DNA of 64,000 nucleotides from Trichinella spiralis (lineage: Eukaryota), in NCBI RefSeq assembly GCF_000181795.1, contig NW_003526948.1:3016945-3080944 (forward strand), read 5' to 3'. Both the position numbers and the translations under genes were made by a program. The notes under the pieces are model-generated. The model was not told where the DNA came from. It searched no databases and was given only the letters and a program-made list of their open reading frames with translations. Below, piece by piece: positions 61,601 to 64,000 of this stretch; positions within the stretch are counted from its first letter, which is position 1; each line of letters begins with the position of its first letter.

Positions 61601-63456
61601 TTGCCGTGGTCGAGGAGCAGTTGCTGATTTACGAGGCGTTCCACTACCCGTATCCGCAGCAGCGCTACCGACTGTCGGTGAGGTTCAAGAAAGTGCGGCA
61701 TACGGCAATTTTGCAACGCTTCCGTAGAATTGGCAGGGACGATTTCAAGCTGTTGGCGGACGATTTTCAATTTTCCGAACAATATCGACGGCGACGAAAA
61801 AGGTCGAAACACGATAGCAACAGGTCACGGCGTGGGGACCGGCACTCGGGACGTCGGCAAGAAGCCCACGAACACGAACCTTATCGTCTAACGTACGAAG
61901 CACCGGCGCGGCAGTTGTCGCCGTTTGAAAATGTCGCCGGCTACGCGGGCTTGTTCATCGGCGGCGGATATCCGTATTTTTGCTTCTTGTCCAAACAGGG
62001 CGATCTGCGCCTGCACCCGATGCACATCGACGGTCCAGTGGTCGCCTTCGCCCCCTACTGCAGCCCCAAGCAACTGCGGGCGTTCGCCTACTTCACCGCC
62101 GACGGCATGATGCGGGTCAGCTCTTTGCCGTCCAAGTTCGACTTCGACCGGTCGATCCCGTCGATGAAAGTGGAACTCGGCCGGGCGGCCCACTTCGTCG
62201 TCTACCTGATGGAAAGTCACACGTACGCGTTGACCACCAGCGAGCAGATGCCCTGCCACAAGGTGGTCACTTTGATCGGCGACGACAAGCAGTTCGAGAC
62301 GTTCGACCGCGAGGCGCCCCACTTCATCTATCCCACCATGGAGCAGTTCAAATTGCAACTCTACTCGGCCGACACTTGGTTGCCGGTGCCGGGAGCCGAG
62401 TTGGATTTCGACGAATTCGAACACGTCACCGCCTGCCAAGAGGTCCAGTTGAAGTCCGAAGGTTCGGCCAGCGGCTTGCAGAGTTATCTGGCCATTGGCA
62501 CCGTGCTCAACTACGGCGAAGAGGTGCTCATAAGGGGTCGACTGTTGATCATCGACGTGGTCGAGGTGGTGCCCGAGCCGGACCGCCCCATGACCAAGTT
62601 CAAATTGAAAGTCGTCTATTCGAAAGAGCAGAAAGGTCCAGTGACCAGTCTGTGCTCGTTGCGCGGCTACTTGCTGACCGGCATGGGTCAGAAAGTGTAC
62701 ATCTGGCAGTACAAGGACAACGCTTTGGTCGGCATTTCGTTTCTCGACTTGCAAGTCTACGTGCATCAGATGGCGTCGATTCGCTATTTGGCTCTCACCG
62801 CGGACGCGTTCTTCGGCGTCTCGTTGCTGCGCTACCAGGAAGAGTACAAGGCGTTGTCGTTGGTCAGTCGCGACCCGCGTCCGGACGAAGTGCTTGCCGT
62901 CGAATTTCTCGTCGACCGGACCGATTTGAGCTTTTTGATGACCAGCGCCGCCGGCGACATCTTGACTTACGTTTACCTGCCCGAATCGTTGGACTCGTTC
63001 GGCGGCCAGCGTCTGGTACCCCAAGCCGACTACCATTTCGGCTCTCAAGTGAATGCGTTTGTCCGTATGCGTTGCCACGCCCAAGAAATTGCCGGCCGCA
63101 AGAGGCAAGAAGTGTTGCAGAGGCAGGGCTTGATATTCGCCTCCAGCGACGGCAGTGTCAATTATCTGTTGCCGCTGCCCGAGAGGGAGTATCGTTTGTT
63201 GGGCATGTTGCAGAGCTTGTTGATTGACATGCTGCCGTCGTTTGCCGGCCTCAATGTCGACGACTACCGCACAGTGAGATTTCCCAATTCTTGTCTCAGA
63301 GAACCGACCAAGAACATCATCGACGGCAACATCTGCATGCTTTACTTGTACATTGACGCGTTGCAACAGGAGGACATTGTTCGACAAATTGGCAGTTCGC
63401 ATTCTCAGATCATGCTCGAGTTGGCCTACATGGAAAGGCAAATTTATTACTATTGA
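58690..63456 (+). CDS. CPSF1: Cleavage and polyadenylation specificity factor subunit 1 (CPSF160), uninterrupted ORF with low-complexity inserts
   Basis: MYAVHRQTDAPTAV, DAKLSVV, LSMHYYE, DPERRCAAM, FLHGFYEPTVLLLYEP..TTAGR, NLPFD, PLGGVL, FENVAGYAGLFIGG.YP, LRLHPM.IDG, YGEEV..RGR, KEQKGPV, GQKVYIW, LSLVSRD, GGQRL, AGLN, NIIDG. Confidence 0.96.
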   Translation: MYAVHRQTDAPTAVNKSMFGHFTQTDDWEVVVACDSYLKIYKLRPAKLTSDTMECGGGLCPTNLASFELVLSEQVYGRLASVAIARLTGFQLDVILLAIDDAKLSVVGYDIETHSLVTLSMHYYEDDLFKLGFTRFEIPPMLRMDPERRCAAMTIYGAHLVVLPLVRESLYESMNIVDPSQRPGWPFSLRLTSYTVAFNAIDAKMHNVTDMCFLHGFYEPTVLLLYEPTQTTAGRVVVRQDTYQILAVSLNPKDKTHAVIWTLGNLPFDAFALLALPKPLGGVLLFSVNSIIYLNQSVPCCGILINDNGRGFTNYPLRDRSELMVTLDGSHAALIDSANAALVLRSGLVFVVSLLFDRLNMVKEILLTASSVRGAAPSTVSACVSSNCLFVGSAIGNSALYAYEAIEQVDVVVRGDAPASSSSSSSSSSDSSSRSSSSSSSSSCSSSCSSSSNSSSPSVSPSSSSVCSSSSSSSSSSSSSSSSSSSSSSSSSSSSSSSSYLSSCSNSSSSSSSNSSCSSSSSSPSVHNSVPSKAVTLPARDTGLNLLDDMQLYGELIRPCTTETLVQTKFEFRRLDQLASLGPCRAITVGESSVAMVNNFYEDYVSDWLVAGGPGTDGSFTVMQRSVRPRLLTQTRVEDVLNAWSVGAQLIGSVDRSASPRPQYMLLTTKQRTVVFTLSSGITEIFDTGFEIRFETIACGDMMNGAYVVQVTKENLVLLHRGQQVQCINLRVFEEVCQASVIDPYVALIVRHGHVLLFGLVSYRGEYRLAMSEQRLHCTVPAVALCLYKDTSSLFVVVDSVVSPSAESNLKAKLQMTTPVDEDDLLLYGEPIGAEAPTEPTRRRTSDGRHTYWLVLAKDNGDLEIYSVPDLVSVFVVQHFSFGFQVLCDDINNTNTNKNNENNKNNENNKNNKNNKNSKNKNSSSSSRKRTTGKVSPGSSVASVIRQGLPLRIKEVQLLGLGPFRDRPFLFAVVEEQLLIYEAFHYPYPQQRYRLSVRFKKVRHTAILQRFRRIGRDDFKLLADDFQFSEQYRRRRKRSKHDSNRSRRGDRHSGRRQEAHEHEPYRLTYEAPARQLSPFENVAGYAGLFIGGGYPYFCFLSKQGDLRLHPMHIDGPVVAFAPYCSPKQLRAFAYFTADGMMRVSSLPSKFDFDRSIPSMKVELGRAAHFVVYLMESHTYALTTSEQMPCHKVVTLIGDDKQFETFDREAPHFIYPTMEQFKLQLYSADTWLPVPGAELDFDEFEHVTACQEVQLKSEGSASGLQSYLAIGTVLNYGEEVLIRGRLLIIDVVEVVPEPDRPMTKFKLKVVYSKEQKGPVTSLCSLRGYLLTGMGQKVYIWQYKDNALVGISFLDLQVYVHQMASIRYLALTADAFFGVSLLRYQEEYKALSLVSRDPRPDEVLAVEFLVDRTDLSFLMTSAAGDILTYVYLPESLDSFGGQRLVPQADYHFGSQVNAFVRMRCHAQEIAGRKRQEVLQRQGLIFASSDGSVNYLLPLPEREYRLLGMLQSLLIDMLPSFAGLNVDDYRTVRFPNSCLREPTKNIIDGNICMLYLYIDALQQEDIVRQIGSSHSQIMLELAYMERQIYYY
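59941..60265 (+). repeat. Coding (TCN)n poly-serine tract inside CPSF1
   Basis: About 100 codons, mostly TCC/TCG/TCT, in frame; the antisense strand reads as poly-E/D or poly-R. Confidence 0.95.
61363..61470 (+). repeat. Coding (AAC/AAA)n Asn/Lys repeat followed by (AGC)n inside CPSF1
   Basis: NNTNTNKNNENNKNNENNKNNKNNKNSKNKNSSSSS. Confidence 0.9.
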
Positions 63457-64000
63457 AGAATATTTGAGAATTTTTATCAAACTGTTTTTTTCCCGTGCCA
63501 ATTTCGTCGTGATGATGATGGGCAAAAATAACACCAACATTGTGAACATTTGAAATCATGCATTTTTGTCGGTTTTATTCTATTTATTATTTTTTTGCCA
63601 AATTCAATCTCCTAGCGTTTTGCTTTGTTCTTCTTCTAGCAGTCCAAATGATGGCCTGTTCTCTATTCGCAGTTTAATCTATCTATTTGATGGAACACCG
63701 TTAGCAGTAGCATACTCCTCCACATTCTACTACTACTGCTACTACTACTACTACTACTCGTAGCATTTGCAGAATCGTTTTCGTCGCGTCACACGTTCCA
63801 GTTACACGTAGCTGATATTTGCATATTCGAAGCAATATTACTGATAAAAATAATAAATTTTCCTTTCATTTTTGTTTGTTCAATCGATTTTTGTCCATGT
63901 TCTGGATCTGTTGAAAAGTTGGGGAAAAGGTTTGTATTCGTGACGTGTTGAACTTGAACAAGAACAAGAAAAATTCTTCCATACGGTGGTATAAAGCGAA

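Noticed and set aside
19759..63456. Apparent functional clustering (RPB1, SmD2, CPSF160; NAA38, NTAQ1, RING E3; hexokinase and the CBM48 protein)
   Set aside because: Mixed strands, long spacers and unrelated genes in between; housekeeping genes are common enough for chance co-location. It would need conserved synteny to be credible.
60382..63549. Long antisense ORFs (476 aa, 553 aa) and a 415-aa alternative-frame ORF over CPSF1
   Set aside because: Expected shadows of a GC-rich coding sequence with biased codon use; no recognisable motifs.

Overview
Eukaryotic, AT-rich, intron-dense genomic DNA with short (~50-100 nt) introns, many microsatellites and a Patched-related gene. This fits a nematode, most likely a clade I parasite such as Trichinella, but that is inference and not provable here. 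The ORF track fragments most genes, so I rebuilt exon chains by hand from splice sites and reading-frame phase. Genes, left to right: cytosolic carboxypeptidase 1/AGTPBP1-like (-); a poorly resolved 7.5-13 kb stretch; a ~23-exon (+) gene for an unusual ~1,200-aa protein (TDP-43 N-terminal domain + CCCH-like finger + long coiled coil with a 3x WYxGE repeat + C-terminal AMPK-beta-type CBM48); RNA polymerase II RPB1 (-) with a strongly non-consensus CTD; a MGNC-starting luciferase/4CL-like adenylate-forming protein that looks catalytically dead (-); NAA38/LSMD1 (+); an intronless Patched-related gene (-); a RING-H2 E3 ligase with an 8-aa tandem repeat (+); SmD2 (+); hexokinase with a clear TATA/Inr promoter (+); NTAQ1/WDYHV1 (+, possibly operonic with hexokinase); and an intronless, GC-rich CPSF160 with a ~100-residue poly-Ser insert (+). 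The best candidate for something undescribed is the TDP43N-CCCH-coiled-coil-CBM48 gene, whose last 17 introns all fall in phase 2. No CRISPR, tRNA, rRNA or recognisable transposon was seen. All domain calls are by-eye motif recognition, not database searches.
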